Part shown: positions 30,035 to 40,520 of the stretch, in pieces
Position numbering within the stretch: position 1 is the first letter of the stretch
How the letters are laid out: the number at the start of each line of letters is the position of its first letter
DNA from: an uncultured Gemmatimonadales bacterium
Lineage (GTDB): Bacteria > Gemmatimonadota > Gemmatimonadetes > Gemmatimonadales > GWC2-71-9
Length of the DNA stretch: 64,000 nucleotides
Reading direction: 5' to 3'
Assembly: GCA_963795085.1 (NCBI GenBank)
Contig: CAWCFX010000001.1
Span: forward strand, 288,001-352,000
Notes under the pieces: generated by a model
Database searches by the model: none
Told to the model about the DNA's origin: nothing
Seen by the model: only the letters and a program-made list of their open reading frames with translations
Translations under genes and position numbers: made by a program

Positions 30035-30317
30035 GGCCCCCTGCGCCCGCTGCGGGAAGCGGGCCTCTATCGCCTGGGGGGAGCTCTGCCCGCTCTGCCA
30101 GGCCGAACGGGAACTGAGCGCGATCAAGGTCTCCCGCTGGGCCGCGTTGGCGGTGGCGCTGCTCGTGGGATTGTACGCCGTGCTCCGCATACCGCCGGAG
30201 CACAAGTGGTACGCCGCCGTGGCGGTCGCGGGGGTGTATCTCATCACCCGCCGTATCGCCACCCGGATGGCCCTGGAGTTCCTGCCTCGACCCTGGCAGG
30301 GGACGGGCGAGAAGTGA
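30009..30317 (+). CDS. Small membrane protein with CxxC..CxxC motif
   Basis: CARC...CPLC then two TM helices; fills the operon gap. Confidence 0.65.
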   Translation: MPLSAGLPEAPCARCGKRASIAWGELCPLCQAERELSAIKVSRWAALAVALLVGLYAVLRIPPEHKWYAAVAVAGVYLITRRIATRMALEFLPRPWQGTGEK

Positions 30318-30375
30318 GATGTGCACGGGGGGCTGGTTGAGGCATCTCCCCGATCCCACAAACTCTGGAGACAAC

Positions 30376-31743
30376 ATGTCTGTTCGCCATAGCATGCAGG
30401 CCCGCGGTGCGCGGGCGTTCGGTCTGCTGTTCCTGCTCACGGTGCCCGGCTCCCTGGCCACCGCCCAGACCAGCCTCACGATCTACAATGATGGTCGAGT
30501 CCTGGTTCGCCGCACGATGCCCGCCCCGGTGTCCCGGGGCACCTCGACGGTGTCGCTCCCCCTGGGCCACCTGGACCCGGCGACACTCTTCTCGCTCGAT
30601 TCGGCCGTGGTCCTGACGTCCTACACCTATGACGGGGCGGTAGACGAGGCGAGCATCCTGCGGCGGGCCATCGGCCGGACGCTCACTTTCGTGTCAGGAA
30701 AGGATACCGTAACGGCGGTGGTGGTCGGCGTGGACCCCATGCGGTTCCGGATGCCGGACGGCCGGATCCGCTTCAACGCCCCGGGGGTGCCGCTCTATCC
30801 CGCGGACCTGGTAGTCCTGGAACCGACGGTGAATCTCAATGTGCGGAGCCCATCTTCTCGCGACAATCTCCGGCTGGGCTACTTCACGCCCGGCGCCTCC
30901 TGGCAGGCGAACTACGACCTGGTGCTCCGGCGCGGCGCTGCCACCATCCAGGGCGATGCGACCATCAGCGTGGAGCGGCTTCGGGTGGAAGAGGCCGAAG
31001 TACAGTTGTTGGCCGGGTCGGTTTCGGGCGCGCCCAAGTTGTACGACCAGGGCCAGCGACCGATGATGATGGCGGCAAGAGAGGCCGCGGCGGATGCTCC
31101 CAGCGAGCAGCAGGTGGGCGAGTTCCACTTGTACACCCTGCCCGGCCGCCACACCCTCCTGCCCGGCGTCACCAGCTCGGTAGCGCTCTTTGATCCGGCC
31201 CAGACCCGCTACGAGCGGGTCCTGGTGGTGCAGGGCGCGCTGCCCTGGTATGGCATGCTGCCGCAATATCCCGATCCCCAGGATCTCCCGGTCGAGGTCA
31301 GCTATACCATCAAGCGTCCCCGCGGCACCATGTTCGGCGACCGCCCGCTGCCCGGAGGCGTGGCCCGGATGTACGAGGCCGACAGCACCGGCCGGCTTCA
31401 GCTTGTCGGCGAGGCGGGGATGGATCATGCACCGGCCGGCGAAGATCTGCGGCTCGCCGCCGGCATTGCCTTCGACGTGACTGCGAAGCGGGTCCAGACC
31501 ACCTACACCACCCGGCGCGACAGCCTCACCACCTGGGCCACGGCGGACTATTCGGTGACCCTGACCAACGCCAAGGACTCGGCGGTGACCGTGGAAGTGC
31601 TGGAGCGCCGGCCCGGCGAGTGGAGCGTACTCGCAAGCTCGGTCCCCGGCGAGAAGGTTTCGTCCTCCACCACGCGGTTCCGGGTCGTCGTGCCGGCCCG
31701 GGGTGAGACGGTCCTGACCTACCGCGTCAGGGTGAAGTGGTAG
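30376..31743 (+). CDS. DUF4139 domain secreted protein
   Basis: Signal peptide, LTIYNDG, SWQANY, FHLYTLP, PLPGG; SD GGAG before ATG 30376. Confidence 0.82.
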   Translation: MSVRHSMQARGARAFGLLFLLTVPGSLATAQTSLTIYNDGRVLVRRTMPAPVSRGTSTVSLPLGHLDPATLFSLDSAVVLTSYTYDGAVDEASILRRAIGRTLTFVSGKDTVTAVVVGVDPMRFRMPDGRIRFNAPGVPLYPADLVVLEPTVNLNVRSPSSRDNLRLGYFTPGASWQANYDLVLRRGAATIQGDATISVERLRVEEAEVQLLAGSVSGAPKLYDQGQRPMMMAAREAAADAPSEQQVGEFHLYTLPGRHTLLPGVTSSVALFDPAQTRYERVLVVQGALPWYGMLPQYPDPQDLPVEVSYTIKRPRGTMFGDRPLPGGVARMYEADSTGRLQLVGEAGMDHAPAGEDLRLAAGIAFDVTAKRVQTTYTTRRDSLTTWATADYSVTLTNAKDSAVTVEVLERRPGEWSVLASSVPGEKVSSSTTRFRVVVPARGETVLTYRVRVKW

Positions 31744-32411
31744 GCGCCCGGCTGACCCAGCCCCCCGAGTTGCTGCTCCGGCAGCGGCTCGAGTGCCTGG
31801 GACTGACCGGCATGCGTTCGCTCAAGCTCCATACCAACCGTACCGTCATGCTGTCGTGGGGTGACGGTACGCTCCGGATTCACCAGGGGTACGCCATGGC
31901 GCCCGACCGGGTCCTGCAGGCCATCGTCAGGTTCCTCAAGCCCAGAGTCCCCCACCGAATCCGGCGAGCCCTGGAGCAGCAATTCCTGTCGTTTCCCGCC
32001 GACCTCCACGCGCCGCCCCGGGCTCGCACCGGCCGGGCCGAGCGTCCCCGGCCGGGAGACCTGGGTCTTCTGCACCAGCTCGCCCGATCGCATGCGCGGC
32101 TGAACCGCCAGCATTTCCAGGGAACGCTGGGCGAGGTTTCCTTTCGGCTCTCCGGACGGATGAAGACACGGCTTGGCGAATACGCCGTCAACGTCCGCAC
32201 CGGGGAATCCGTCGCGATTACCATCAGCCGTTCCCATATCCGGAACGATGTCTGGGAAGAGGTGGAACACACGGTGCTCCATGAAATGGTGCACCAGTGG
32301 CAGGTGGAGTCAGGCCACCCGCTCGATCACGGACCGGAATTCAGAAGAAAGGCCCTCGAGGTGGGAATCCAGCCCAGCGCCACCCGCCGCCTGAACCGCA
32401 AAGCCTCCTGA
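31737..32411 (+). CDS. SprT-like metalloprotease domain protein
   Basis: RMKTRLG, TVLHEMVHQW, DHGPEF. Confidence 0.85.
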   Translation: MVGARLTQPPELLLRQRLECLGLTGMRSLKLHTNRTVMLSWGDGTLRIHQGYAMAPDRVLQAIVRFLKPRVPHRIRRALEQQFLSFPADLHAPPRARTGRAERPRPGDLGLLHQLARSHARLNRQHFQGTLGEVSFRLSGRMKTRLGEYAVNVRTGESVAITISRSHIRNDVWEEVEHTVLHEMVHQWQVESGHPLDHGPEFRRKALEVGIQPSATRRLNRKAS

Positions 32412-32458
32412 CCCACCGAACCAGCGACCCACTGACCCACTGACCCACTGACCCACTG
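32407..32458. repeat. Tandem octamer array (GACCCACT) x4 plus degenerate units
   Basis: Same unit as the 22.5 kb and 47.3 kb arrays; starts at the SprT-like stop codon. Confidence 0.9.
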
Positions 32459-32520
32459 TATCCCTCCCGCCCGGCCGTCCGGCCGCCTATTTTGCGGCCT
32501 GAATCTCGAAACGAGGCACT

Positions 32521-33720
32521 ATGGCAACCGCCGCGGCTACCGCCCGCTTCACCGGCGTGGACTTCTACGATTTGGATTCGCTCCTCTCCGAAGAGGAGCG
32601 GGCTGTCCGCGACACGGTGCGAGCCTGGGTGGATGAGAACCTGATGCCGGTGATCGGCGAGGCGTATGTCGAAGGCAAGTTCCCGCTCCACCTGGTGCCG
32701 GGCATGGCGGAGCTGGGCATGTTCGGCGCCAACCTCCCGGAAGCCTATGGCTGTGCCGGCCTCAACAACGTCGCCTACGGCCTCATCATGCAGGAACTGG
32801 AGCGGGGCGACTCGGGGGTCCGGTCGTTTGCCTCAGTGCAGGGCGCCCTGGTGATGTATCCCATCTACGCCTTCGGCTCCGACGAGCAGAAGAAGCACTG
32901 GCTCCCCCGGCTGGCCCGCGGCGAGGATATCGGCTGTTTCGGCCTGACCGAGCCTGACTACGGCTCCAACCCCTCCGGCATGATCACCACCGCGCGGGAG
33001 ACCTCCGATGGATGGGTGCTCAACGGCTCCAAGATGTGGATCACCAATGGCTCCCAGGCCAGCGTGGCCGTAGTGTGGGCCAAGACCGGCGATCTCGACG
33101 ACTCGAAGTCCATTCGCGGTTTCATCGTCCCCAAGGAACTCAAGGGATTCACGGCCCGCGACCAGAAGGGCAAGCTCTCACTCCGCGCCTCCGACACCAG
33201 CGAGCTGGTGTTCCAGGACGTGCAGCTTCCCAAGGACGCGATACTCCCCAGGTCCGGCGGTATCAAGAGCCCGCTGATGTGTCTGACCCAGGCCCGCTAC
33301 GGCATCTCCTGGGGTGCCATCGGCGCCGCCATGGCCTGCTACGACGAGGCGCTCCGGTACTCCCAGCACCGGGTCATGTTCGACCGGCCGATCGGGCAGA
33401 CCCAGATTCAGCAGGTGCGCCTTGCCGACATGCTGAGCGAGATTACCAAGGCACAATTGCTGACCCTCCAGCTGGGCCGCCTGAAGGATGCCGACCGGAT
33501 GAAGCCGGAACAGGTCTCCCTCGCCAAGCGCAACAACGTCAACATGGCCACCGAGTGTGCCCGGGAGGCTCGCCGCCTGCTCGGCGCCAACGGCATCCTG
33601 GCCGAGTACCACTCCATGCGCCACATGGCCAACCTCGAATCGGTCTATACCTACGAGGGCACCCACGACATGCATTCGCTGATCCTGGGCCAGGCGGTCA
33701 CCGGGCTGTCCGCGTTCTAG
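32521..33720 (+). CDS. Acyl-CoA dehydrogenase (glutaryl-CoA dehydrogenase-like)
   Basis: ELERGDSG.RS, CFGLTEPDYGS, KMWITNG, YEGTHDMH. Confidence 0.92.
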   Translation: MATAAATARFTGVDFYDLDSLLSEEERAVRDTVRAWVDENLMPVIGEAYVEGKFPLHLVPGMAELGMFGANLPEAYGCAGLNNVAYGLIMQELERGDSGVRSFASVQGALVMYPIYAFGSDEQKKHWLPRLARGEDIGCFGLTEPDYGSNPSGMITTARETSDGWVLNGSKMWITNGSQASVAVVWAKTGDLDDSKSIRGFIVPKELKGFTARDQKGKLSLRASDTSELVFQDVQLPKDAILPRSGGIKSPLMCLTQARYGISWGAIGAAMACYDEALRYSQHRVMFDRPIGQTQIQQVRLADMLSEITKAQLLTLQLGRLKDADRMKPEQVSLAKRNNVNMATECAREARRLLGANGILAEYHSMRHMANLESVYTYEGTHDMHSLILGQAVTGLSAF

Positions 33721-33856
33721 ACGCACGCCGGCTCGGCCTTCTCCCCCGGGTGCACCGCCCGGCCGCAGGCCTACCTATGCCCGCTCTCCACAACTAGTTT
33801 TGCTCCGAGCAGCCCTCTCCGGGCTATTTCGCCACGCTTGACACGAGGTAAGTCGT

Positions 33857-34607
33857 TTGAAAATAGCCGTTTGCCTCAAGCGGGTCCCCGATACCACCGC
33901 CAAGATCTCCATTGCCTCCGATGGGAAGTCCATTGACGAAGCGGGGATCAAGTTCGTCCCCAATCCCTATGATGAATTTGCGGTGGAGGAGGCGATCAAG
34001 CTCAAGGAAACCGCCGGGAGCGGGGAGACCACGGTGATCGGCCTGGGGAGCGAAGCCACCGCCGAAACCCTGCGGACCGCGCTCGCCATGGGGGTGGACA
34101 AGGCGGTGCTGCTGCAGTCGGCCGGCTCGGCCGACGGCTTTGAGGTCGCCCGGGCGCTGGCTGCGGAACTCCAGGCCGGTGGCTACGACCTGATATTCTT
34201 CGGCAAGATGGCGGTGGACGATTACAACCACCAGGTTGGGCCGATGGTGGCAGAGCTTCTCGAGCTCCCCTGCATCACGACGGTCGCGCACCTGCGGATC
34301 GAAGACGGAACGGTCCACGCCGAGCGCGAAATCGAAGGCGGCATGGAAGTCGTCAGTTGTTCATTGCCCGCCGTGCTGACCTGCGACAAGGGTCTGAACA
34401 ATCCCCGGCTGCCGTCGCTCAAGGGAATCATGGCCGCCAAGAAGAAACCGATGGAGACCAGGCCGGTCACCCTCGGCGCAGGCACGCTCGAAGTCGTCGG
34501 GCTGGCGCTGCCGCCGGAGCGCGCCGCAGGCAAGATCGTCGGCGAAGGGGTGGACGCGGTACGCCGCCCTGGTCAACCTGCTCCGCACCGAAGCGAAGGT
34601 GCTCTGA
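33857..34607 (+). CDS. etfB: Electron transfer flavoprotein beta subunit (apparent 1-nt frameshift near 34562)
   Basis: VCLKRVPD, NPYDEFAVEEA, REIEGG, PRLPSLKGIMAAKKKP; typical C-terminus ALVNLLRTEAKVL* lies in another frame. Confidence 0.88.
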
Positions 34608-35578
34608 TGGCCGCCATTCTCGCCGTCACCGAACAGCGTTCCGGAAGTCTTCGGAAAGCGTCGCAGGAAGTCGTCAGCGCGGCCCGGGCCATCGCCGACC
34701 AGATGGGCGCCAGCGTGGATGCCCTGGTGCTCTCGAACGGAAATGCTGCCGGCGCCGGGGAACTGGGCGGTGTCGGCGCGGACCGCGTCCTGACCGCCAG
34801 CCACGCCGACTTCACGCTCTACAACCCCGATGGCTACGCCGCTACGATCGCGTCCATCGCGGGGCAGTACCAGGCCATCGTGTTCACCGCCACCGCCACC
34901 GGGCGTGACCTGGCGCCCCGGGTCGCGGGCCGCCTGAAACAGGGCCTGGCGACCGATGTCACCGCGATCGCCGTCGAGGGCGGCAAACTGGTGGTGACCC
35001 GGCCGGTGTACGCCGGCAAGGCGCTGCAGAAGCTGCGGCTCAACGGCAGCCCGGCGATTCTCTCGATCCGCCCCAACACCTTTCCAGTGACGCCGAGCAC
35101 CAAGGCCGGGGCGGCCGAGTCGGTCGCGGTCCCGGCGTTCACCGCCCGGGTGATGGTCGAGGAGATCAAGGCGGCGGCGGCGGCGACCCTCGATGTCGCC
35201 GAGGCGGCGGTGGTCGTGTCAGGCGGGCGGGGGCTCAAGGAACCGGCCAACTTCAAGCTGCTGGAGGATCTCGCCGCGGCCTTCGGCAACGCGGCGGTCG
35301 GCGCCAGCCGGGCGGTGGTCGATGCCGGGTGGAGGGAGCACGGCGCCCAGGTGGGTCAGACCGGCAAGACGGTGAGCCCCGGGCTCTACATCGCCGTCGG
35401 CATCTCCGGAGCGATCCAGCACCTGGCGGGGATGCGCACTGCCAAGGTGATCGTCGCCATCAACAAGGACAAGGACGCGCCCATCTTCAAGGTGGCGGAT
35501 TACGGGCTGGTGGGCGACCTGTTCGAGATCGTGCCGAAATTGACCGAAGAGGTCAAGAAGCTCCGGGCCGAGCACTGA
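34607..35578 (+). CDS. etfA: Electron transfer flavoprotein alpha subunit
   Basis: [39 protein letters not shown] within TGATG. Confidence 0.93.
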   Translation: MAAILAVTEQRSGSLRKASQEVVSAARAIADQMGASVDALVLSNGNAAGAGELGGVGADRVLTASHADFTLYNPDGYAATIASIAGQYQAIVFTATATGRDLAPRVAGRLKQGLATDVTAIAVEGGKLVVTRPVYAGKALQKLRLNGSPAILSIRPNTFPVTPSTKAGAAESVAVPAFTARVMVEEIKAAAAATLDVAEAAVVVSGGRGLKEPANFKLLEDLAAAFGNAAVGASRAVVDAGWREHGAQVGQTGKTVSPGLYIAVGISGAIQHLAGMRTAKVIVAINKDKDAPIFKVADYGLVGDLFEIVPKLTEEVKKLRAEH

Positions 35579-35589
35579 CCGTTCCCCCG

Positions 35590-36441
35590 ATGCTTCCGGG
35601 CCTGGTCGAGGACAGCCGCCGCCTCGCGGCGCTTACCCTGATGGAGGATGGGGGACGGGACCTGACGACCGACGTCACGGTCCCGTCGGCGTCTCCGGCC
35701 ACGGGCCGGCTCGAGTTCCGCTCTCCCGGCGTGCTGGCCGGCACCGTCTATGCTGATGCGGTGGCGACCGCCTGTAACTGCCGGATCGAGTGGAGCCAGC
35801 GCGAGGGAGACCGCCTTCGGGGGGGGGGAACCGTCGGGATGCTCTCCGGCGACCTGGCGCTTGTCCTTCGCGCCGAACGGCCCGTCCTGAACCTGCTCCA
35901 GCGTGCCAGCGGGATCGCGGCGCTGACCCGTCAGTTCGTGGACCTCATGGAGGGTACCCGCTGCCGGGTGCTGCATACCAGGAAGACCGCGCCGGGCCTC
36001 CGTACCTTCGACCTCAACGCCGTGCTGGCCGGCGGCGGGTCGCTGCATCGCACCGACCTGGCCGACGTGGTCATGGTCAAGGACAACCACTGGAAGGCCC
36101 TGGTCCGGCAGGGCCGTTCCCTGGCGGAGGCGGCGGAGGCGGCCCGGAGCCGGGGTGCCGCGCGGATCTATGTCGAGGTGGAGCTGGAACACCAGGTGAG
36201 GCTGGCGTGCGGTGCCGGTGCGGACCGGTTGCTGGTGGACAATCAAACGCCGGAAATGGTGCGGAACTGGGGCGACCTGGCCCGTTCCCTCCACCCCGGT
36301 ATCGAGATCGAAGCTACTGGCGGGATTTCCCTTGCCACTGCGCGATCCTACGCCGAGGCTGGGGCGGATTTTGTTTCAATCGGTGCGCTGACCCACAGTG
36401 TCGTTGCGGCCGACATCTCGCTCGAGATTGCGCCGGAGTAA
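35590..36441 (+). CDS. nadC: Nicotinate-nucleotide pyrophosphorylase (carboxylating)
   Basis: ER..LNLLQRASGIA, TRKTAPGLR, HR..L.D..MVKDNH, EATGGI, SIGALTHS. Confidence 0.92.
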   Translation: MLPGLVEDSRRLAALTLMEDGGRDLTTDVTVPSASPATGRLEFRSPGVLAGTVYADAVATACNCRIEWSQREGDRLRGGGTVGMLSGDLALVLRAERPVLNLLQRASGIAALTRQFVDLMEGTRCRVLHTRKTAPGLRTFDLNAVLAGGGSLHRTDLADVVMVKDNHWKALVRQGRSLAEAAEAARSRGAARIYVEVELEHQVRLACGAGADRLLVDNQTPEMVRNWGDLARSLHPGIEIEATGGISLATARSYAEAGADFVSIGALTHSVVAADISLEIAPE

Positions 36442-36453
36442 CGGCACCACGAC

Positions 36454-37590
36454 TCATCTCGAGCATTTCGGGCTACCCTCCATCCACCCCGGTGGGGTGC
36501 TTTCCCCCACGGCCATGCCGCAGAGCATTGGTTGGGTCTGATGGACCAGGACGCCGACCCACCCTCGCTTATCTGCCGCCATCAGGTGGAGACTGGCTCC
36601 TTCCGCAGTTTCCCACGTCAGAACTGAGGCATTGCCCGCGTAGGACCCATTATCCCCATAGTACATCTCCTGGGCCATCACGAGGTTCCGGATTGCGGTC
36701 GCTAGGGTTTCTCTGACACTACCCTCTACCGCGGGCTCCGACCTCAATGGAGCCGTACGCTCACCTGCCGTCACCACCCGTTCGGTTTCTCTTTCCTCGA
36801 ACCGGTACAACTGAATATGCTCGACATCGTTCTCCCCCCAGTGTCGAAGCAGAATGAAATCACGGCCGACTTGATGAATCTCGGTGCCGTCCGGTATGAC
36901 GATGCGCCCCATGGGTACACCGCTGGACGAAAAGATCTCCCACGGCCGGGAATCACCTGGGGTGGAGGTGCGCTCCTGAGACCAGATCCTGCCGTCCGTT
37001 GCGATCTGCACGTACCGGTATGATCCGGCGGAAAGAGAGGGAAGTGCATCCAGCGCCGTGCCGACTCCAGCACGCAGCGATGTATCCACCGGTCCGGCCA
37101 CCCAGGCATTTCGATGCAGCCAGACCCAGAGCGGGAAATCACTGACCCCCTGGGAGGTGACTCGGGATTCGCCCACCGGCGAGCCAGAGGTGTCGAACAC
37201 CGAGAGTCGGAGATTCCCCTGATCGAACACCGCGAATGTGCCGTCAGCCATCCCCACCACCTGCATCGACCCGGCAAATTCTCCCGGCCCTTCGCCCCTC
37301 CTGCTGATGGTTCGGGTGAACTGCCCGATGCTGTCGAAGACCCGAAGTTCGTTCGTGGCCGAGTTGGCGATGACGATTCTTCCATCGGCGAGCCGGACCG
37401 AGCCGGAAGCACCAGCCAGCTCGTAGCCCTCGTCGCCCTCGGCAACACCAATATCCACAGCGGGGCGATCGCCTAGCCGCCAGTCAGGAACCTGGGGTAC
37501 CGCACTTCCTGGTTGAGGTACGTTCTCCCCGCATCCGAAGAGCAGGAGACTACCGGCCAAGACGGGAGCCCACCTGGTCGTCTGTCTCAT
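36454..37590 (-). CDS. Lipoprotein with beta-propeller-like region and C-terminal pilin-like segment
   Basis: Lipobox LFGC; RRGEGPGEF propeller motif; IRNLVMAQEMYYGDNGSY and a terminal Cys pair. Confidence 0.7.
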   Translation of the reverse strand: MRQTTRWAPVLAGSLLLFGCGENVPQPGSAVPQVPDWRLGDRPAVDIGVAEGDEGYELAGASGSVRLADGRIVIANSATNELRVFDSIGQFTRTISRRGEGPGEFAGSMQVVGMADGTFAVFDQGNLRLSVFDTSGSPVGESRVTSQGVSDFPLWVWLHRNAWVAGPVDTSLRAGVGTALDALPSLSAGSYRYVQIATDGRIWSQERTSTPGDSRPWEIFSSSGVPMGRIVIPDGTEIHQVGRDFILLRHWGENDVEHIQLYRFEERETERVVTAGERTAPLRSEPAVEGSVRETLATAIRNLVMAQEMYYGDNGSYAGNASVLTWETAEGASLHLMAADKRGWVGVLVHQTQPMLCGMAVGESTPPGWMEGSPKCSR

Positions 37591-37619
37591 GATCCTGACG
37601 CTTGCTTGAAGAGTAGTAT

Positions 37620-38729
37620 TCAACTAACCGTCCGGCGGGTGGAATAGACGACCGCGATACCCAGCAGCAGCACCGTAAGCCCCGCAATCCGAACAACCGA
37701 GCGCCGTTCAGGCAGCGGCCCCGGCCGCAGCGTGCCGCGACGCCCTACCGCCCACTGGTGGGTCCATTCTCCCAGCTCTTTCCCTGTGGCATCCTTGAAG
37801 GCCTGATCAAAGGGCAGTGTCGAGCGCCAGAACTTCCCGAACGCCGCCGGTCCCAGGGTCTCATGCAGGTCCGCGAGATAGGATCCGGAGAGGGCGCCAA
37901 ATGGTGCCCGCCATGGCAGTGATGGCGCGCGAAACCCCGGTCGCATCGGGCGAACGGCGCTATCAGCGGGATGCACCGCGGATGCACACTCTTCGACCCG
38001 GCCATTCACGCATTGCACCCCGAGGGGCATGGTCCCGTACACCGCCCATTCCATTTCGAAGAAAAGGGGATACTCGATTTCCACAGGACTGTCGATGGGG
38101 CGTGTCCGCGAAGCGGGGTTGAAGTAGGTCGCAAAGTCGATACCGCGCCCACCCAGCCATCGCTCGATGTCAGGCCCCGGCCTCCCGTACATTCCAAAGA
38201 AAAGACAGGGCCCCAACTCACGTGCGAATCGCCGTTGCTCCACCTGCTCGGGCCCATGGTGCAGACTCCGCCAGGAAAAGGTGGTAACCATGGTGAGGCA
38301 GCTGTGCCCGTCCGTGACCGCCGGCAGCAGGTACTGAGTCTGCCAGAGCATGTCTGCACTATCCCCTCCCAGCACGATGCCGATGGCCATCGAGTCGTGA
38401 GATTCCACCAGGGGCCACCAGCGCAGCAGGGCTTCGGAATATCGGGCTCGCTCAGCCGGGGTGGCCGCTCCGACCGCGATTACCCTGGGTCTTCCCGGCG
38501 GAAGGGGGTGCTGTCGGATCTCGGCAATCACCGCATCGTTCAGGTGAGCGCTTCTCAGGCTTGCCCGGGCCCGTTCCAGTTGGCTGGTGAGGCGCTCGAG
38601 CCTGGATGGCTCGCGGGGCACGAATCGCCGGCTCAAGGGATCCTGAGGGGGAGGCGGCAGGAGCGACACGGCCACGACTCCCGAGATCAGGGCCGTCGCG
38701 GCCAGCCAGCGGGAAAAGGTCAGCGCCAT
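37620..38729 (-). CDS. Hypothetical membrane-anchored protein
   Basis: ATG 38729 after AGGAG; N- and C-terminal TM; Cys pairs. Confidence 0.75.
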   Translation of the reverse strand: MALTFSRWLAATALISGVVAVSLLPPPPQDPLSRRFVPREPSRLERLTSQLERARASLRSAHLNDAVIAEIRQHPLPPGRPRVIAVGAATPAERARYSEALLRWWPLVESHDSMAIGIVLGGDSADMLWQTQYLLPAVTDGHSCLTMVTTFSWRSLHHGPEQVEQRRFARELGPCLFFGMYGRPGPDIERWLGGRGIDFATYFNPASRTRPIDSPVEIEYPLFFEMEWAVYGTMPLGVQCVNGRVEECASAVHPADSAVRPMRPGFRAPSLPWRAPFGALSGSYLADLHETLGPAAFGKFWRSTLPFDQAFKDATGKELGEWTHQWAVGRRGTLRPGPLPERRSVVRIAGLTVLLLGIAVVYSTRRTVS

Positions 38730-39844
38730 CGTGAGCTCCTGAGGCCGAAAGACAGGAGGATCACCGACCATGCGACAGCAGCGAAGGCCTGCCCGCCGCG
38801 CATCGTGGTTGGCGGTGGCCGGGCCGCGATCACCCGCTGGTGCCAGTCGGCAAGCACCTGTTCCCTCGCCAGGCCGGATGACCGGCGGAAACGTGCCTCC
38901 ATGGGTTGACCGGCCGAACTCAGCAGAACGGGGTAGGACCCGGGTCCACCATGCTCCAGCACCACCCGGAGAAAGGTCGTGCGCGTAGGCGGGAGCAATG
39001 AGCTCGGAATAAGATCCGGAACACCCCGGAGCAGGGCGAGGCAATCCTGGTCCGAACCTTCCACACATCGGTCGTACGACTGGCGGGACTCTCCCGGCTG
39101 AAGAAAGGCACTGAGTTGAACCACCAGCTGTCTCCGGCCGGCCGGGCTGTACCATTCGGCCGCCGGATCGGCGGGTCGGGCGAGGGCCAGCGCTTCCCCG
39201 CAGGCCCGCGAGTCCGTCAGACACCGCTGCGCCACCGGCGCGGCCGAGGTAGCCAGGTCCAGGTAGGCGGCCGCAAAGGCGCCGCTCAGGTCGGTGGTGA
39301 TCGGGGGTGGTGACTTCATCCAGTCGCGAAGCGCCTGGTCCTGGTGGAGCCACAGGTCCTGGCTGACCTGGGCAAGCAGGCTGATGGCCAACCCGCGAAC
39401 CGGATCCTCCTCCGTCGCGAACACCAGCCTGGTGTGCGGAGGAAACCAGACGCGCCCCGGGGGAGAGTCCGTTGGTGGCTTCGGCAACACCGAGATCGGA
39501 TACTGGCGAAGAATGGCGGCAACGCTGTCCTGGTATGTCAACGACAGGACATCCCATGCCATCCGGCCCCCTTGCTCCACCGTTTCCCCGAGCTCGGCGA
39601 TCGTCAGTAACTCGAGCCCGCCTGAGCGGACCCGGATGAACCTCGCCATGGCTCGGTCCGCTTCGAGCGCGCGGAGCGAGTCCTCCTCCCGCCGCGCCTG
39701 TGCGACCTCGCCCTCCAGCCGCCGAACCCGCGCTTCCAATTCCCCGGCGGACTGGCCCTGAAGCGTAGCCGGGAGAATCACCAGTGCAGCCAGGAGCAAT
39801 ACCCTGCACCCTGCACGCTGCACGCTGCACCGTTTCTCAGACAT
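38720..39844 (-). CDS. Hypothetical secreted/membrane-anchored protein
   Basis: Signal peptide, coiled coil, two Cys pairs, C-terminal TM; overlaps its neighbours. Confidence 0.75.
   Translation of the reverse strand: MSEKRCSVQRAGCRVLLLAALVILPATLQGQSAGELEARVRRLEGEVAQARREEDSLRALEADRAMARFIRVRSGGLELLTIAELGETVEQGGRMAWDVLSLTYQDSVAAILRQYPISVLPKPPTDSPPGRVWFPPHTRLVFATEEDPVRGLAISLLAQVSQDLWLHQDQALRDWMKSPPPITTDLSGAFAAAYLDLATSAAPVAQRCLTDSRACGEALALARPADPAAEWYSPAGRRQLVVQLSAFLQPGESRQSYDRCVEGSDQDCLALLRGVPDLIPSSLLPPTRTTFLRVVLEHGGPGSYPVLLSSAGQPMEARFRRSSGLAREQVLADWHQRVIAARPPPTTMRGGQAFAAVAWSVILLSFGLRSSRWR
39803..39830. repeat. Heptamer tandem repeat ([C/G]CTGCAC) x4
   Basis: CCTGCAC CCTGCAC GCTGCAC GCTGCAC. 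Confidence 0.85.
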
Positions 39845-40520
39845 CGATCAGCATCCAGCGGCCGGTGAAGATCTCGAACGGACCCGGCCACACGAAGAGA
39901 CTGTTGGTGATGGGACTCAGGATGTCGATCTCAATTCCGGCCGCGCCGAGCAGCAGGTGGACCGCGACGATGGCGGCCCCGATGCCGAGCACGATTCCGG
40001 CTGTTTTTGGTGTTCCGGCGGAGATGGCGAACAAGGCGGTGTAGGAGAGAACCGCTGCCAGAGAGAAGCGGAGCGCCAGCGACCCGGCATATCCATTCAA
40101 CCCGACCGGGATTCCACTCGTGCCGGTGGCCAGCATTCCGCCTATCCAGAGCGCGATAATTGGGGGAGCGATCAGGAGCAGTCCAGCCAGGTAACGCAGC
40201 CAGACGTAGCGCCACCGCTCAATCGGCAGAGAGAGCGCGTACACATGCCTTCCCCGGTGATCGGAGCTCCAGGCCGTCAGGCTCAACAACACCCCGATCG
40301 TCGCGGCGAGAATAGGATACCCAATGCCGAACGCCTGGAGCCTGAACACCACCTCGTAGTTGCTGTGGGCCTGTCCGATGCTTTGCACGGAGAGCGCGGG
40401 AACCGCAAATGCCGCCGCGGTCAACAGCAGCAGGAACATCCGGGCCCACTTCCACTGGGTATAGAGGATCTGGGCAAACACCGTGGACTGCTTCCCTGGA
40501 ACCATCGGAATCGTGGTCAT
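39837..40520 (-). CDS. Putative ABC transporter permease
   Basis: About 6 TM; YALSLPIER motif typical of ABC-2-like permeases; follows the ATPase gene. Confidence 0.75.
   Translation of the reverse strand: MTTIPMVPGKQSTVFAQILYTQWKWARMFLLLLTAAAFAVPALSVQSIGQAHSNYEVVFRLQAFGIGYPILAATIGVLLSLTAWSSDHRGRHVYALSLPIERWRYVWLRYLAGLLLIAPPIIALWIGGMLATGTSGIPVGLNGYAGSLALRFSLAAVLSYTALFAISAGTPKTAGIVLGIGAAIVAVHLLLGAAGIEIDILSPITNSLFVWPGPFEIFTGRWMLIDV

Noticed and set aside
37620..39830. 736-aa ORF as a single protein
   Set aside because: Its first half overlaps the 38720-39844 gene in another frame and is low-complexity; SD plus ATG at 38729 gives the real start.
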